IMG/VR virus record: IMGVR_UViG_3300030098_004191
Span: 1 to 64,000 of that record
From: a virus
Direction: 5' to 3' (one strand)
Length of the DNA: 64,000 bases
The notes under the pieces are model-generated. The model saw only the letters and a list, made by a program, of their open reading frames with translations, was not told the DNA's origin and ran no database searches. The position numbers and the translations under genes were made by a program. This document shows, piece by piece, positions 47,893 to 59,500 of the stretch (within the stretch, counting starts at the first letter, position 1; every line of letters begins with the position of its first letter).

Positions 47893-48110
47893 ATAAAACC
47901 TAATCCTAATAGTATTGCAAAAGGAATAGGAAAGAATGGTAATACCATCATAGCATGAATTACTTGTACAAGCACAATACCATAAAATAGGAACATGATA
48001 GTCATGCCTATTTTATTGTGCCTACTTCCACGTTTATATGGGTGACAGCCAATCGGTCCTCTGTCCCATCCATCCACCATGTATTCTTTTGTAGGAATTT
48101 CTTTGCTCAT
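47865..48110 (-). CDS. Membrane protein
   Basis: Two hydrophobic helices in the C-terminal half. Confidence 0.65.
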   Translation of the reverse strand: MSKEIPTKEYMVDGWDRGPIGCHPYKRGSRHNKIGMTIMFLFYGIVLVQVIHAMMVLPFFPIPFAILLGLGFICYVAWRTT

Positions 48111-49285
48111 TTTCTTACCACACTAATTGCAGGTTCGCCCCTCTCAAATACAGTATCAACTACTGCCTGTACTCTACGTGCTGTACTAATACCAACCTTA
48201 GAATACACAGGAATACATACTAACCCATGAGTCTTCTCTTTGCCACCCTTACGAATCACTCTACCGATTGTTTGACTAATGCCAATGTAATCCATAGATC
48301 TTAAGAATAAGACTGCTTCAAGTCCTTTTACATTGATCCCTTCTGCTAAGATGCTATGATGTAAAACAACAAACTTCTTATCAGGATCTTGACCCCATGC
48401 ACTCAGTACATTAAAGAACTCATCTCTGGTTACTTTTTCACCATCAATGACTGCACCAGTCTTGGATGTAATATACATGCAAGTATAACCTCTCCATGCC
48501 AGTTCGTCAAGAAACTTGTCATATGATACTAATCCTGTGATCTGTCTGGTAGACTTAGCACATACTAGAATCTTCTTAGTATTGTGGTCATCAATATTAT
48601 CCATGATCTGATTACATTCTACATCAAATGTAATTTCATCCTTCTGTCTTATGTCACTCTTATATACTTTCACCTTTGGTGGTAGGATGTAACCCTCATC
48701 CACTAACTTAGGTGCTGGTACATTACAAATAACCTGACCAAATATATCAGGTTCATTCATACCCACCTTGAATGGTGTTAAACTATGCTTTGGTGTTGCA
48801 GTAAAGAAGTATGATCTCTCAGCATACATTGAGAAATACTCTACTGATGGGATAAAGTTTTTCCTAACTGAGTTGTGTGCTTCATCAAAGTATATTGTAT
48901 CAACATGAGCATAACTCTGTTGTATTCTATGAAGTGAATGATATGTTGTAAAGATGATCTTTCTACCTTTACTGAACTTACACCACTCAGCAATTTCTAC
49001 TGGTTTAGTAGTGCTGAAATACTTTGTATCACCACTATGAACGTGCATTACCTGAACATATTTGTATTTCTCTCTTATGACTTCCATGAACTCAGAACAT
49101 AATTGCTCTGCTAATAGGAGACGTGGAGCGACTACAACAATAGTCTTCCAACCCTTATCAAATTCTCTAATAGCATCCTGAATAGCAATAAGAGTCTTAC
49201 CACCACCTGTAGGTACGATGACTTGTCCCTTAGAATGTCTTGCTAGTGCTTCCAGTGCTTTATTCTGGTGAGGACGTAACTGCAT
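48107..49285 (-). CDS. Superfamily 2 (DEAH/ResIII-like) helicase
   Basis: LRPHQ, PTGGGKT, DEAH, TATP, EGIN, QTIGRVIR. Confidence 0.92.
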   Translation of the reverse strand: MQLRPHQNKALEALARHSKGQVIVPTGGGKTLIAIQDAIREFDKGWKTIVVVAPRLLLAEQLCSEFMEVIREKYKYVQVMHVHSGDTKYFSTTKPVEIAEWCKFSKGRKIIFTTYHSLHRIQQSYAHVDTIYFDEAHNSVRKNFIPSVEYFSMYAERSYFFTATPKHSLTPFKVGMNEPDIFGQVICNVPAPKLVDEGYILPPKVKVYKSDIRQKDEITFDVECNQIMDNIDDHNTKKILVCAKSTRQITGLVSYDKFLDELAWRGYTCMYITSKTGAVIDGEKVTRDEFFNVLSAWGQDPDKKFVVLHHSILAEGINVKGLEAVLFLRSMDYIGISQTIGRVIRKGGKEKTHGLVCIPVYSKVGISTARRVQAVVDTVFERGEPAISVVRK

Positions 49286-49417
49286 CTATGCTCTATTAAT
49301 ATGAAGATATTATAGCATAAAAAAAGACCCTACATGGGGTCTTGTGACACTTTCGCCACTGGTTGCCTTAAAGTATTATAGAACTTGCCTTGCAACCATA
49401 CAAAGGTATGTATAACT

Positions 49418-49750
49418 TTATGATTTTTGACTGTCTTCTACTTTCTGTGCGATCTCATCAAACTTACCGTTCATCCAATCATCACTATGCTCAGACCATG
49501 AACCAATAGGACAACTCTCTATTGATATTTTTGCTTTCATTTCTAATGGACATCCACAATGCTTACACATGTGTGGTCCTATATCATACCATTCACATTG
49601 CTGACATATCTTCAGTCTCTTTGTTAATACTTCTTCAGATACAAAGAAATCTTGTTGATTAGCTAAGGCATGTTTAATAACATCCCATGTAAATTTTGCC
49701 AAATTCTCACCTCTTTTAGGAAGTGACGGATAATCATGTTCAGTAGTCAT
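49418..49750 (-). CDS. DUF6171-like Cys-rich protein
   Basis: RLKICQQC..CKHCGC..KAK...CPIGSW; ACTAAATA late box at 49771-49778. Confidence 0.75.
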   Translation of the reverse strand: MTTEHDYPSLPKRGENLAKFTWDVIKHALANQQDFFVSEEVLTKRLKICQQCEWYDIGPHMCKHCGCPLEMKAKISIESCPIGSWSEHSDDWMNGKFDEIAQKVEDSQKS

Positions 49751-49773
49751 AATTATATAATCTAGTGTACTAT

Positions 49774-52700
49774 TTAGTACCCTCCTTTGATATTACCTGT
49801 AGACCCTGCCACCGCATATCCTGTACCTCGTACTGCTCTACCAGCAGATCCACCACCTCCACCAGCTTGTGGTCCAGGTCCAGTATTTCTTCCATAATCA
49901 TTAGGTGGAATTATATCATTTCCACCTGCCGTACCAGGTTGACCCCAATCTCCACCTGCTCCACCAATACCACCTGTATTACCTACACTTGCATAAGTAG
50001 GACAATTCTTTGGAGTTCCAGCAAGACCATTCATTCCATTAGTTTCTCGATTTTGATTACCACCTTGTCCTAATCCACCATATCCACCAGCACCACCTGG
50101 AGCACCTGGTTTTTGTGCTGGATCATCAACAGTACAATAAGCTGCTTTTATACATGTTTTATGACATACAGCTCTCCAACCCCAACAATCACATCCTATA
50201 CCTGATTGATGACTCGCATAAGTTCCATTACCAACGGTTAAACTATCTCCTACACTATCACCATTACTATCATGTGTTTGCGTGTCATAAATTCTTCCAT
50301 GTAAGTATCCACCAGGATCATTAATTGTTATTTGATTATTTCCAGCTTCATCTAAGAAGTTTCCACATCCAATATACCATTCACACTGACAATCACCACC
50401 TCTTGAGTATGAATACCATTCACCATAACCATTATTAACATTACCTACTGTCACTTTTGGCAACCAACAAGGACCATCTGGACCTTTAGTACCACCGCCT
50501 CCACGACCTCCACCGCCTCCTCCTCCAAAGAGTTCGGAATTAGATCTTAACCATACTCCAAAATTATTACTATTGGCAGTACCAGTCATTCTAACTGCAT
50601 CACCACCAGGTCCACCCTCAGTGATAGAATTTGGCCAATTAAATGCAGAACTAGAAGGAGTCTCACCACCTCTAAGTCCACCAGCACCATGAACAATCGC
50701 TGCAATATCTAGTGTGAAATTAACTACTTCTTCATTAATATTAAATGCAGGTTGATTTGGATTGAATGACTCACAATCATGTTTAATATAATACCACTTA
50801 CGAATATTCTTATTCATATTACTATTCCATGCCAATCCACCAATATTAATAGTGGATGTAGATGTACTAGAAGTCTCTATCATATAATACTTTCTACTAT
50901 TCTGGAATTGTGATACTTTCCAATTAACAGTAGTTGCAATAGGAGTATTCTCAGTTGAATCAGGAACAACAGGATCCATATTAGTTTTAGATGTTCTCCT
51001 TCTTAATTCAGATGCTTTAATAGTTCCTGATGGATTCTTATCTCTAAAAGTATTTCTTAACTGACTAAATTTAACATTAGACATCACTGGAAAATGTACT
51101 GTATTAAGTACATCCTTTTGTTCTAAATTATTATTACCACCTGGTGCATATACACAACTACCATCATCAATAGTAGCATTAGGATTATAGTTTGTTGCAT
51201 TAGGATCGGTACATCCTGAAATTGGACCATAAGTACAACTACCATCATCCACGTTTGCATTTGGATCATAGTTTGTTGCATTAGGATCAGTACATCCTAG
51301 AACCTGAGTATTTGGTGTTGGTGTTGGTTGTTGACCAACATTCAATGATGTTTTTAATACAGTACCAGAAGCATTTGTAGCTACAAATGCAACACCACCT
51401 GGATTTGCTGGCCATGTATTAGGGAATGAAGTAGCAGAAGTATTGTTAATTCTAACTGTTAATTTACGATTTCCAGCAGGTACTCCATTTTGGAATGAAG
51501 ATATTAAACTATTACCAAACCCTGAACCTCCAACAGTAATAATATCAGATGTTAAAGGATTACTCGTAGATCCTACTATAACATCATCAATGAGAAATGT
51601 TGCTTCACCATCAGCAGCAACTTCTAATATAACTTGTCCACCTTCATGTGTAAACACATAAGTTGTTTCTATTGTCTGACCTACTAATGGATCAGTGGTA
51701 GATGGGAACACAGCATAGGTATTCATAAATGATCCCCATGCACCACTAGCAGTTTGTGGGAAAGAATCACTTGATCTAGCAACTATATCTCCAAAGGTTG
51801 GTAGTCCATTTCTTGCGTCCTTCAATATCCATGCAACACCACCTGGATTCATATTCCATACAGATCCACCACCAATATTGTTTATAGTGGCAGTAATCCA
51901 ATGATCTCTATGTGAAGTTGTACTAACTCCAAAATTTGTAGATGTATTATGAGGACCAATAGGTAAAGCACCCGAAGTAATAGTTCCTAATGTTTCCTCT
52001 GTATCCCATACAAATGTTGCTCTACCATCACACTGACATTCAAGTGTATAATCTCCAGGTTGTCCAGGAAGATTAAATCTCCAAGTAGCTGTATGATCTT
52101 GATCTGGTAATGGATTAGTATTAGAAGGGAACATTGCATAGTCCTTCATAAACTGTGACCAACCTTGAGGATCAGTCAAATACCAACCAGAAGCACCTTC
52201 AGAAGCCTTAACCCATGCAGTTTGTGGTGTCCATTTTTCCCAACCAACAAACCAATCTGATGGAGCAAATTCACAACTACCATCATCTACAGTAGCATTT
52301 GGATTATAGTTTGACGCATTAGGATTAGTACATCCATAAACAACAGGATCATCATCTGGTATAGTAACAGTAGAAGCATCCCAAAGTACTTTTGGAGTTC
52401 CACCCATTAAACTTTCTAAATCTGCCCATCTAATATCTGTTGCCGTATTTGGTTCTTCACCATAATAAAAATCATCTTCAGATTGAACACCACATTTATC
52501 ATTAATCCAATCTTTTATTTCAGACCATCCCCAAGATCTATTTGATTGTAATTTAGTGGCAATTATACCAGCAGCAGTAGGACATGCTGAACTCGTTCCA
52601 TCAAAATATCTATCATAAGGAGTTAAACTAAGTCCAGAATAACTATCCTGTCTTTGATAAACTGAACTATTAGTACCAGAAGTTGCAGCAAGAGTTCCAT

Positions 52701-54489
52701 CTCCAGGAGTATAGCAATCAACTGCTTCTCCCATTACACTATAATCTACCTTTCTTTCCTTTCCAGTTGGGGGGTAATGATAATTACCATCATCATCGTG
52801 CTGGTCATCTAATGCACCAACATTAATTACTGGATAAACAACTTTACCAGTGTTACTATCAGTATATTTTCCTGCTGCTTGTGGCCATCCCCATCTACTT
52901 ATAGATCTATAAAAACCATCATAACTAACAGCCTCATTGTATGGTGTACCAGGTCCTTCTGCATTGGTAGAGTAATAGTTGTTGTAATCAGGATGATCCG
53001 AATTAACCATTTTTTGATTACTATTACCAGCAGCAACAAGTACAATAACACCTTCTTCAATACATTCATCAGCTGCTGCTGAAGTAGCATCAGGTACTTT
53101 TTCTTTTTGACATCTCCCTCCATCTCCTGGTACACCAATATCAGCCAAAAATGCAGGTTTGGAACTAAAAGCTACACCACCACTTCCATCAAGTCCTTGT
53201 CTATAATAATACGTTGCAGGAGTGAAGATATGAGATCTAAATCCCCAACTATTACTACAAACTGTTGGATTCTTTGTATTATCTGAAGGTCTATTTGGTT
53301 TGTGTTTGTGAAATACATTCACTATTTCCCAATAAGAGTCTTCTCTTATGTTTCCAATTCTATGAGCGTGCCATTTATTAGCATTAAATGCCCATCCCTG
53401 TGTTCTACCACATGCTTGTGCCATACATGGAGTACCATGAGTTGCAGTGCTAGTAGGATATGCTGTATTACTACCATTACATCGAGCTCTAGTATAAGTT
53501 TGATCGCTTACACTAATACTACCAAAGTCGGGAAAAGTATAACTAAATCCACCGTCAATAATATCATTACCTGGTCTAATTATGGGATCTACATGAGATC
53601 TAGCATAATTATTTTGCCACCATCTTCTAGCCCATACCTCTTTAGGAACTATAGTTCCATCCCAACGAGTCTCTAACTTCTCAGGATCATTATTATCAAA
53701 AATAGCGTAAAGAAAATAATAACCAGGTTGTCCAGGAGAATTAGGTGTTTGAAAAAATTCTGGGTCAAGGTAGTATGGAGCATCTAATACTAAATCTAGT
53801 ATATCACATGTACCATTTCCTGGTAAAACATTACCTCCAGTATATAATTGTGGACCATCTCCAGTATTATTACAAAATTCTGGATGACCATACCAAACAC
53901 CATTATCTCCAACAATTACATCAATATCTTTACCATCACCAATATATTCAATCTTATCCTCAATCACATCAGTAGGTGCTTTACCCTTCCACGGATCAAC
54001 CTTTGCCGTACTTCTTAATATTTGAAATCCAGATCTATTAGTAGAATAACCACCTAAACTTTGTCCATTATTATGAACTCTATAATTCTTAACATTACTA
54101 GAATATCTATCCAAGTATAACAGATCATCTGGAAACGGCTCAAATGAACCTGGATATGCACTTTGATCTATACGAACAAATTTTACTTTTGGGTGATTCC
54201 TTAAGGATTCAACTTCAGCATCATCAAGTAAATATACTGCTCTAGTCTTACTAATTTTTTTATCATTAACACATTCAATACTATCCTTTGGAATATTATC
54301 TTCTAATGTTCCATCTTCCATTAATACTTTATGAATATGATCCCAATCTTCTGGAGTATGACATCCAACAGCATATTGTTTTTTACCACTACCAGATGGA
54401 ACTTTTGGTAATGTATCCAAATATTCTTGCCAATACGACCTTCTCTCTTCTTCAGTAAAATCTGGAGATAAAGCTTTATCAAGACTCAT
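49774..54489 (-). CDS. Modular S8 (subtilisin) peptidase / virion structural protein
   Basis: DVIVGDNG, HGTPCMA, AAGNS, GTSSACP catalytic motifs; three GCT(D/N)PNA.NY...DDGSC repeats; Gly-rich C-terminus. Confidence 0.8.
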   Translation of the reverse strand: MSLDKALSPDFTEEERRSYWQEYLDTLPKVPSGSGKKQYAVGCHTPEDWDHIHKVLMEDGTLEDNIPKDSIECVNDKKISKTRAVYLLDDAEVESLRNHPKVKFVRIDQSAYPGSFEPFPDDLLYLDRYSSNVKNYRVHNNGQSLGGYSTNRSGFQILRSTAKVDPWKGKAPTDVIEDKIEYIGDGKDIDVIVGDNGVWYGHPEFCNNTGDGPQLYTGGNVLPGNGTCDILDLVLDAPYYLDPEFFQTPNSPGQPGYYFLYAIFDNNDPEKLETRWDGTIVPKEVWARRWWQNNYARSHVDPIIRPGNDIIDGGFSYTFPDFGSISVSDQTYTRARCNGSNTAYPTSTATHGTPCMAQACGRTQGWAFNANKWHAHRIGNIREDSYWEIVNVFHKHKPNRPSDNTKNPTVCSNSWGFRSHIFTPATYYYRQGLDGSGGVAFSSKPAFLADIGVPGDGGRCQKEKVPDATSAAADECIEEGVIVLVAAGNSNQKMVNSDHPDYNNYYSTNAEGPGTPYNEAVSYDGFYRSISRWGWPQAAGKYTDSNTGKVVYPVINVGALDDQHDDDGNYHYPPTGKERKVDYSVMGEAVDCYTPGDGTLAATSGTNSSVYQRQDSYSGLSLTPYDRYFDGTSSACPTAAGIIATKLQSNRSWGWSEIKDWINDKCGVQSEDDFYYGEEPNTATDIRWADLESLMGGTPKVLWDASTVTIPDDDPVVYGCTNPNASNYNPNATVDDGSCEFAPSDWFVGWEKWTPQTAWVKASEGASGWYLTDPQGWSQFMKDYAMFPSNTNPLPDQDHTATWRFNLPGQPGDYTLECQCDGRATFVWDTEETLGTITSGALPIGPHNTSTNFGVSTTSHRDHWITATINNIGGGSVWNMNPGGVAWILKDARNGLPTFGDIVARSSDSFPQTASGAWGSFMNTYAVFPSTTDPLVGQTIETTYVFTHEGGQVILEVAADGEATFLIDDVIVGSTSNPLTSDIITVGGSGFGNSLISSFQNGVPAGNRKLTVRINNTSATSFPNTWPANPGGVAFVATNASGTVLKTSLNVGQQPTPTPNTQVLGCTDPNATNYDPNANVDDGSCTYGPISGCTDPNATNYNPNATIDDGSCVYAPGGNNNLEQKDVLNTVHFPVMSNVKFSQLRNTFRDKNPSGTIKASELRRRTSKTNMDPVVPDSTENTPIATTVNWKVSQFQNSRKYYMIETSSTSTSTINIGGLAWNSNMNKNIRKWYYIKHDCESFNPNQPAFNINEEVVNFTLDIAAIVHGAGGLRGGETPSSSAFNWPNSITEGGPGGDAVRMTGTANSNNFGVWLRSNSELFGGGGGGGRGGGGTKGPDGPCWLPKVTVGNVNNGYGEWYSYSRGGDCQCEWYIGCGNFLDEAGNNQITINDPGGYLHGRIYDTQTHDSNGDSVGDSLTVGNGTYASHQSGIGCDCWGWRAVCHKTCIKAAYCTVDDPAQKPGAPGGAGGYGGLGQGGNQNRETNGMNGLAGTPKNCPTYASVGNTGGIGGAGGDWGQPGTAGGNDIIPPNDYGRNTGPGPQAGGGGGSAGRAVRGTGYAVAGSTGNIKGGY

Positions 54490-54498
54490 AAGTAATAC

Positions 54499-56499
54499 CT
54501 AGAATAGATCTTGCCAACCCGTAGGTGTATAGCATTGAAGTTTATTTGTAGTAGAGTTATAAACAACGCCACCAAAGACAGTCTGGAGTCCTACCTGATT
54601 TGCTGTTGTTATAACTGGAGGAAGCATATAACCAACAGTTCCAATACCACCAACCATACTAAAGTCAACTACTGCTCTTGTCATAGTAGTACCAATACCA
54701 ACAAATGATTTAGATGTACCATCAAGATTAATTCCACCATTTCTTATAACAATATCATTGTTATGTACTTGTATTGCTCCTGTACTTCCAATAATATCTG
54801 GATTAGGAGCAGTCGTTCCAAATCCTACAGTAGATGAAAATGCTGCATTTCCCTGTACTAACAATTCATTGCCATATAATCCGACAGTATCAGTATTAAT
54901 ACCAATACCACCAAGTAATGCTTTTTTACCTTTACCATCCAAATCTGTTGTTGGAAGAGCAGAAGTAAGACCTACTTTATTGGTTATATTTACATTATAA
55001 AATGTAGAAATACCAGAAGTATTATTAAGATTAGTTCCTGTAAGTATAGATGGCCAATTAAATGTACCACTTATAGATCCACGAACATCAAGATTTCCAC
55101 CAACCCAAGCATTACCTGTAACAGTAGAAGTACCAACCACATGTAATGTATTAGTTGGAACAGTCTGATTAATACCTAACTTACCATCATAAGTAAGAGA
55201 CATTAACTCATTATTAGTCTGTCCATATTTCCAACCAAATCTACCTGTACTCAAACCAGCAGGTCCATTATGAAGAACCATATTAAGACTACCAGTGTCA
55301 TTATTAATAACTTCTAGTGTCTTATTAGTACTACCATATCGTATATAACCAACACTACTACCAGCACCAACAGTCTGACCAATACTAACTTGTGCAACAC
55401 CTGAATCTGCAACAACTTCTATCTTACTTCCATTAGACTTTCTAACTTGGAAGTCAGTTGTTGGAGTTGCAGTTCCTACACCTGCCTGGCCTGTTGCTAA
55501 TGTTGTAAATGCAGTACCACCAGTTCCAACTTTTACTTGTCCATTCGCATTAACAACACCAGTGAATGTTGATACACCAGATATACTTAGATTAGTTGTA
55601 TCTAATTGAGATGTTATAGTAACACCAACTCCAGAAGTTGATAATACTTTAGTAGGTGTACTTCCATAATATAATTCAACTGAACCACCTGCATACGCTC
55701 TCAAAGCATCTTTAATTGTTCCTGTACGCAGTCTTACATCATTAACAGAATCAAGATATAATGTTCCAGAACTGTTCAATATAGATGAACCAGTATTCCA
55801 ATCACCTCTAAGTTCTAATAGATTAGTAGATCCAAATAGAACATGAGCATTTCCAGCAAATTTTAAACTATTAGCAGACTTATCCCACTGTGCATTATGT
55901 GATGTGCCAATAAATTTTGCATCATCATTAAATGTAGAAATACCAGTTGCATTTAATGTAGATGCTGTTATATCACCAGTAATATCACCAGTTACATTAC
56001 CAGTGAGATTTCCAGAGAAAGTAGTAGCAGTTACAACACCAGTTGCATTAATATTACCCGTTGAATCTATACCAACACCCGTAGAATTATCAGGATTCTT
56101 ACCAACTTGGAATTGATAAACTGGATCGGTAGTACCTACACCAACCGAACCTGAATTGTATATTGAAGTAACACCAGCACCTATATTAACATCCGTCCAT
56201 TGTGAAGTTGGTAGATTAGAAAGAGTAGAACCATCACCTTTAAAACTCGTAGCAGTTATAACACCACTCGAATTCATATTAATACCAGTACCAAGTTTAA
56301 CTTCAGCAAAAGTTGAAACTCCAGTAACATTTAATTCTGTTGTAGTAACCAGTCCTGCAACAGCAATATTTCCTTTTACATCTAACCTTTCTGTAGGAAC
56401 TGTAGTACCAATTCCAACCAGATTACCTCTGACGATAAAATCATCGTCATCAACCTGGACACCATCTCTAAAGCTAAAGCTCTTCCTTATATTAGGCAT
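54499..56499 (-). CDS. Tail fibre-like structural protein
   Basis: FSFRDGVQVDDD..VGIGTT.P; repeated VGIGT/GVSTF beta motifs. Confidence 0.8.
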   Translation of the reverse strand: MPNIRKSFSFRDGVQVDDDDFIVRGNLVGIGTTVPTERLDVKGNIAVAGLVTTTELNVTGVSTFAEVKLGTGINMNSSGVITATSFKGDGSTLSNLPTSQWTDVNIGAGVTSIYNSGSVGVGTTDPVYQFQVGKNPDNSTGVGIDSTGNINATGVVTATTFSGNLTGNVTGDITGDITASTLNATGISTFNDDAKFIGTSHNAQWDKSANSLKFAGNAHVLFGSTNLLELRGDWNTGSSILNSSGTLYLDSVNDVRLRTGTIKDALRAYAGGSVELYYGSTPTKVLSTSGVGVTITSQLDTTNLSISGVSTFTGVVNANGQVKVGTGGTAFTTLATGQAGVGTATPTTDFQVRKSNGSKIEVVADSGVAQVSIGQTVGAGSSVGYIRYGSTNKTLEVINNDTGSLNMVLHNGPAGLSTGRFGWKYGQTNNELMSLTYDGKLGINQTVPTNTLHVVGTSTVTGNAWVGGNLDVRGSISGTFNWPSILTGTNLNNTSGISTFYNVNITNKVGLTSALPTTDLDGKGKKALLGGIGINTDTVGLYGNELLVQGNAAFSSTVGFGTTAPNPDIIGSTGAIQVHNNDIVIRNGGINLDGTSKSFVGIGTTMTRAVVDFSMVGGIGTVGYMLPPVITTANQVGLQTVFGGVVYNSTTNKLQCYTPTGWQDLF

Positions 56500-56516
56500 T
56501 ACTCGATATTTTTAGT

Positions 56517-56524
56517 TATTTATT
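56517..56524 (-). promoter_or_regulatory. Late promoter variant AATAAATA
   Basis: Just upstream of the ATG at 56499. Confidence 0.7.
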
Positions 56525-59500
56525 AGGATAGTGCATCGACCTTTGCAGACAATTCCTTAATTGCTTCAATTAGCAATGGAACAAGTCTCTTATAGTCAAC
56601 GGCTTTAAGTTCATTACCTAGACTAGGATCATAACCTTCTGCTTCACTCAAATCTCTTGTTTGAGTAACACCAGGTAATCCAAGTTTTTCAACTTCTTGT
56701 GCAATAACACCAGTATCAGTTTGGCCACGCAAATGTTCATAGTTTTTATCATTCCAAGTAAATGTATTACCTGAAATTGATTTAACCTTATCAAGAGCAT
56801 TAGGAATAACTGTGATATTATCTTTTAATCTTTCATCAGAACTGGAGAAAGCAGTAATGTCACCACCAACGTATAGATCATTATTAATACCAACACCACC
56901 AGATACTACAAGAGAACCTGTAGTCTTACTGCTAGAGTTTGTTGTTGCTTTTGCTCTCAACTGTCCATTAGATTCAAGTATATCATCAACTGTTGTAGTT
57001 CCACCAGCAGAATCAATCGTTAAATTACCAGTAGAAGTATCAAGTTCATTGGCTCCAGTAAGACCAACTTGGATATTACCAAATGTAGCACCATTACCAC
57101 CACCAATTTGATTGAATGTGGCAATACCAGCAACATTCAAATCTCCACCAATGTTGACATTCTTAGCAACACCGAGTCCACCTTTAAGTACAAGGCAACC
57201 TTCATTAATATTATTGGACTGCTCAGTACCAGCAATCTTCAAGGTACTATTCATAACAGTAGTACCATTCAACCTAACTTCTGAGTTGAATGTAACAGGT
57301 CCATCAAACTGAGATAGAATCTTATCAGATGTACCACCCTCAACAATTAATCTGTCTTTAATTACAACTTCATCAAAAATAACACTAAGTTTTGATGGGT
57401 CTTGTCCAGTGACAGTAGGAAGAGGAGCATCATATGTTTGTTCTGTACCTGTTGCAGAACTTACTCTCTTATTACCAATAAAGAAATCACCTCTGTTATT
57501 CATACCAGTATAGACAACAGCACCACAAGATCTTTCTTGTGCTTGAACTAAGAACTCTTCTCTTTCAGATAGAGTTGTAGTCTGAATCTGTGGTAAACCA
57601 GTTGAATAGTTTCCTGGTCCATAACCAAGGTATTCAAATGTATGACCAGAAGCACGAATAATAGATGGTCGTCTAAATTCAACTGCTAATGGATCAATCT
57701 TCTTAATCTTTGTTTTATCAACATGATTAGTTCTAGTAGTTCCTAAGTAACCACGAATTACTGTAAGTTCATTATTACCAGAACCACTAAGATTATTACT
57801 AACTACCCTTACTATTTCATTGTCAATCTGTAATAAAGATCCAAGTGAGAACTTAGATCTTAAATTAATCTTATCAGCAGCAGTAGGAATATCATTAATA
57901 ACAATCTTATTACCACTTCCTAATGCTGCACCAAGATCATATGTAGAACCTTGATAGAAAGAGAATCCTCTTGCACCTACACTCTCATTACCTGCATCAG
58001 AAATTGCATCAGCAGCAGACATTCCATGAGGTATATAACGAGCAGGAGTTATATTTGTATCAGTTTTAACAGAGAAATTAGAGGCACTTACTTTCTCTTT
58101 TACATAAAAATCTCCAAGACTAACATTTGAAGAGTTAAGTAATCTTACTTTACTACCAGATACTAATCCATGAGCTGCGACACCACCACTACCCCAAAAT
58201 GTAGATATTCCAGTTGTTGCATCAAACTGAGTAACACCTATTGATCCTGCAGGTCCAGTATTGGCAGCATATTGGCCAACAATAATAACAGGATCAGCAG
58301 CAGCATGAGCAATAGCAACTTTATTCTTAGCAGGAACGTCTGTAATTCTATATTGTCCACTAGCAGTAGTACCAATACCAGTAATTTCTAGACCATCACC
58401 AACATTAGATATAATTTGTTCACCTGAAATAGTATATCTTGCAGCACCATTACCACCACCAACTTTAGTTTGATCAAAATATAATGGAGTTGTAACACTA
58501 GCATTATAACCAGAACCTGGGTCAATAATTTCTACATTAGAAATACCACCACCAGCTACAACTACTCTTGCAGTTGAACCATTCCATGCGTTTGTTGCTG
58601 GATTTGCTCCACCACTTAATAACTTAACATCCTGATATGTTCCATTATCATAATTTGCACCAGCAGTAACTGTTCCAGTAGCAATACCATTAAAGTTATG
58701 ATTCTCAGTAAATGTAATAGTACTAATACCAGCAGTATTATCTCTACCAACTGCACTAATCTTCTTACCTACAGCAAAATCAGTTAAGAATTGATCTACA
58801 CATTCTCTAGTAATACTCTTCTTAAGGTCATTAGTTACAACTTCACCAAGAGGATCTCTTTTTGCATAAGAAACTGCTGCATTTGGGTTGTCGTCTGGAT
58901 TATCCTTATCTTGTTGTGGATAAAGATCAGTAACATTCTGACCATACTTAAGTTCAGTAAATTCTTCACTAACACCTTGATCTGCTTTTAATACAAATAG
59001 ATGATATACACCATCCTGAACATTATATTCATATTCACTTATAACTTCAGTTCTATAAACATAGTAATTGGATTGAATATCATTCCTTTCAAATCTTGGT
59101 AATGCAAGATCTCTAGTAGTTACATCACTGGTAAATGTTCCAGGATCATGTGTAACTCCTACTATATCAGTTGTTGAATAAGTAAATGTCTTATTATCAG
59201 CAGTTGTAGTAACTTTAAATGTACTGTTATATCCACTATTACCAGCACCAATAGTATTATTTGTACTCTTTACATTTACTATTTTAACTAAATCATTAGC
59301 CTTTAAATTATGTGGTAATGCAGTTCGTACAGTAACTACATTAGAAGATTCTGTACATGTACTAATAAACCTATGATTTCTCTTATAGGCATAATCAGTT
59401 GCATCAATAGTATTATCTGTAAAGTCAGTAGTTGCTTTAGCACCAGTAAAGCTTGAATCCTGAATTACAAAACCTTCATTTGGATTTCTTGCATTGAATG

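Larger units (their letters stand above)
31707..49362 (-). repeat. Dispersed early-promoter/stem-loop element (PeSL-like), about 16 copies
   Basis: Approximate copies at 31707-31762, 32010-32065, 32498-32554, 32966-33021, 33218-33275, 33468-33525, 33870-33925, 34193-34247, 38320-38377, 39846-39901, 40255-40308, 41069-41127, 42624-42680, 45585-45640 (degenerate), 46650-46705, 49309-49362; minus-strand consensus CA(G/C)TT-N4-AA(C/G)TG(T/G)C(A/C)C + GC hairpin + T-run + TATAAT/TATTAT. Confidence 0.88.

Noticed and set aside
46652-49285. Helicase plus methyltransferase as a Type III R-M system
   Set aside because: Helicase is only 392 aa with no nuclease domain and is separated from the methyltransferase by two unrelated genes
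30500-49400. tRNA genes
   Set aside because: No cloverleaf with a T-loop GTTCRA and acceptor stem seen by eye
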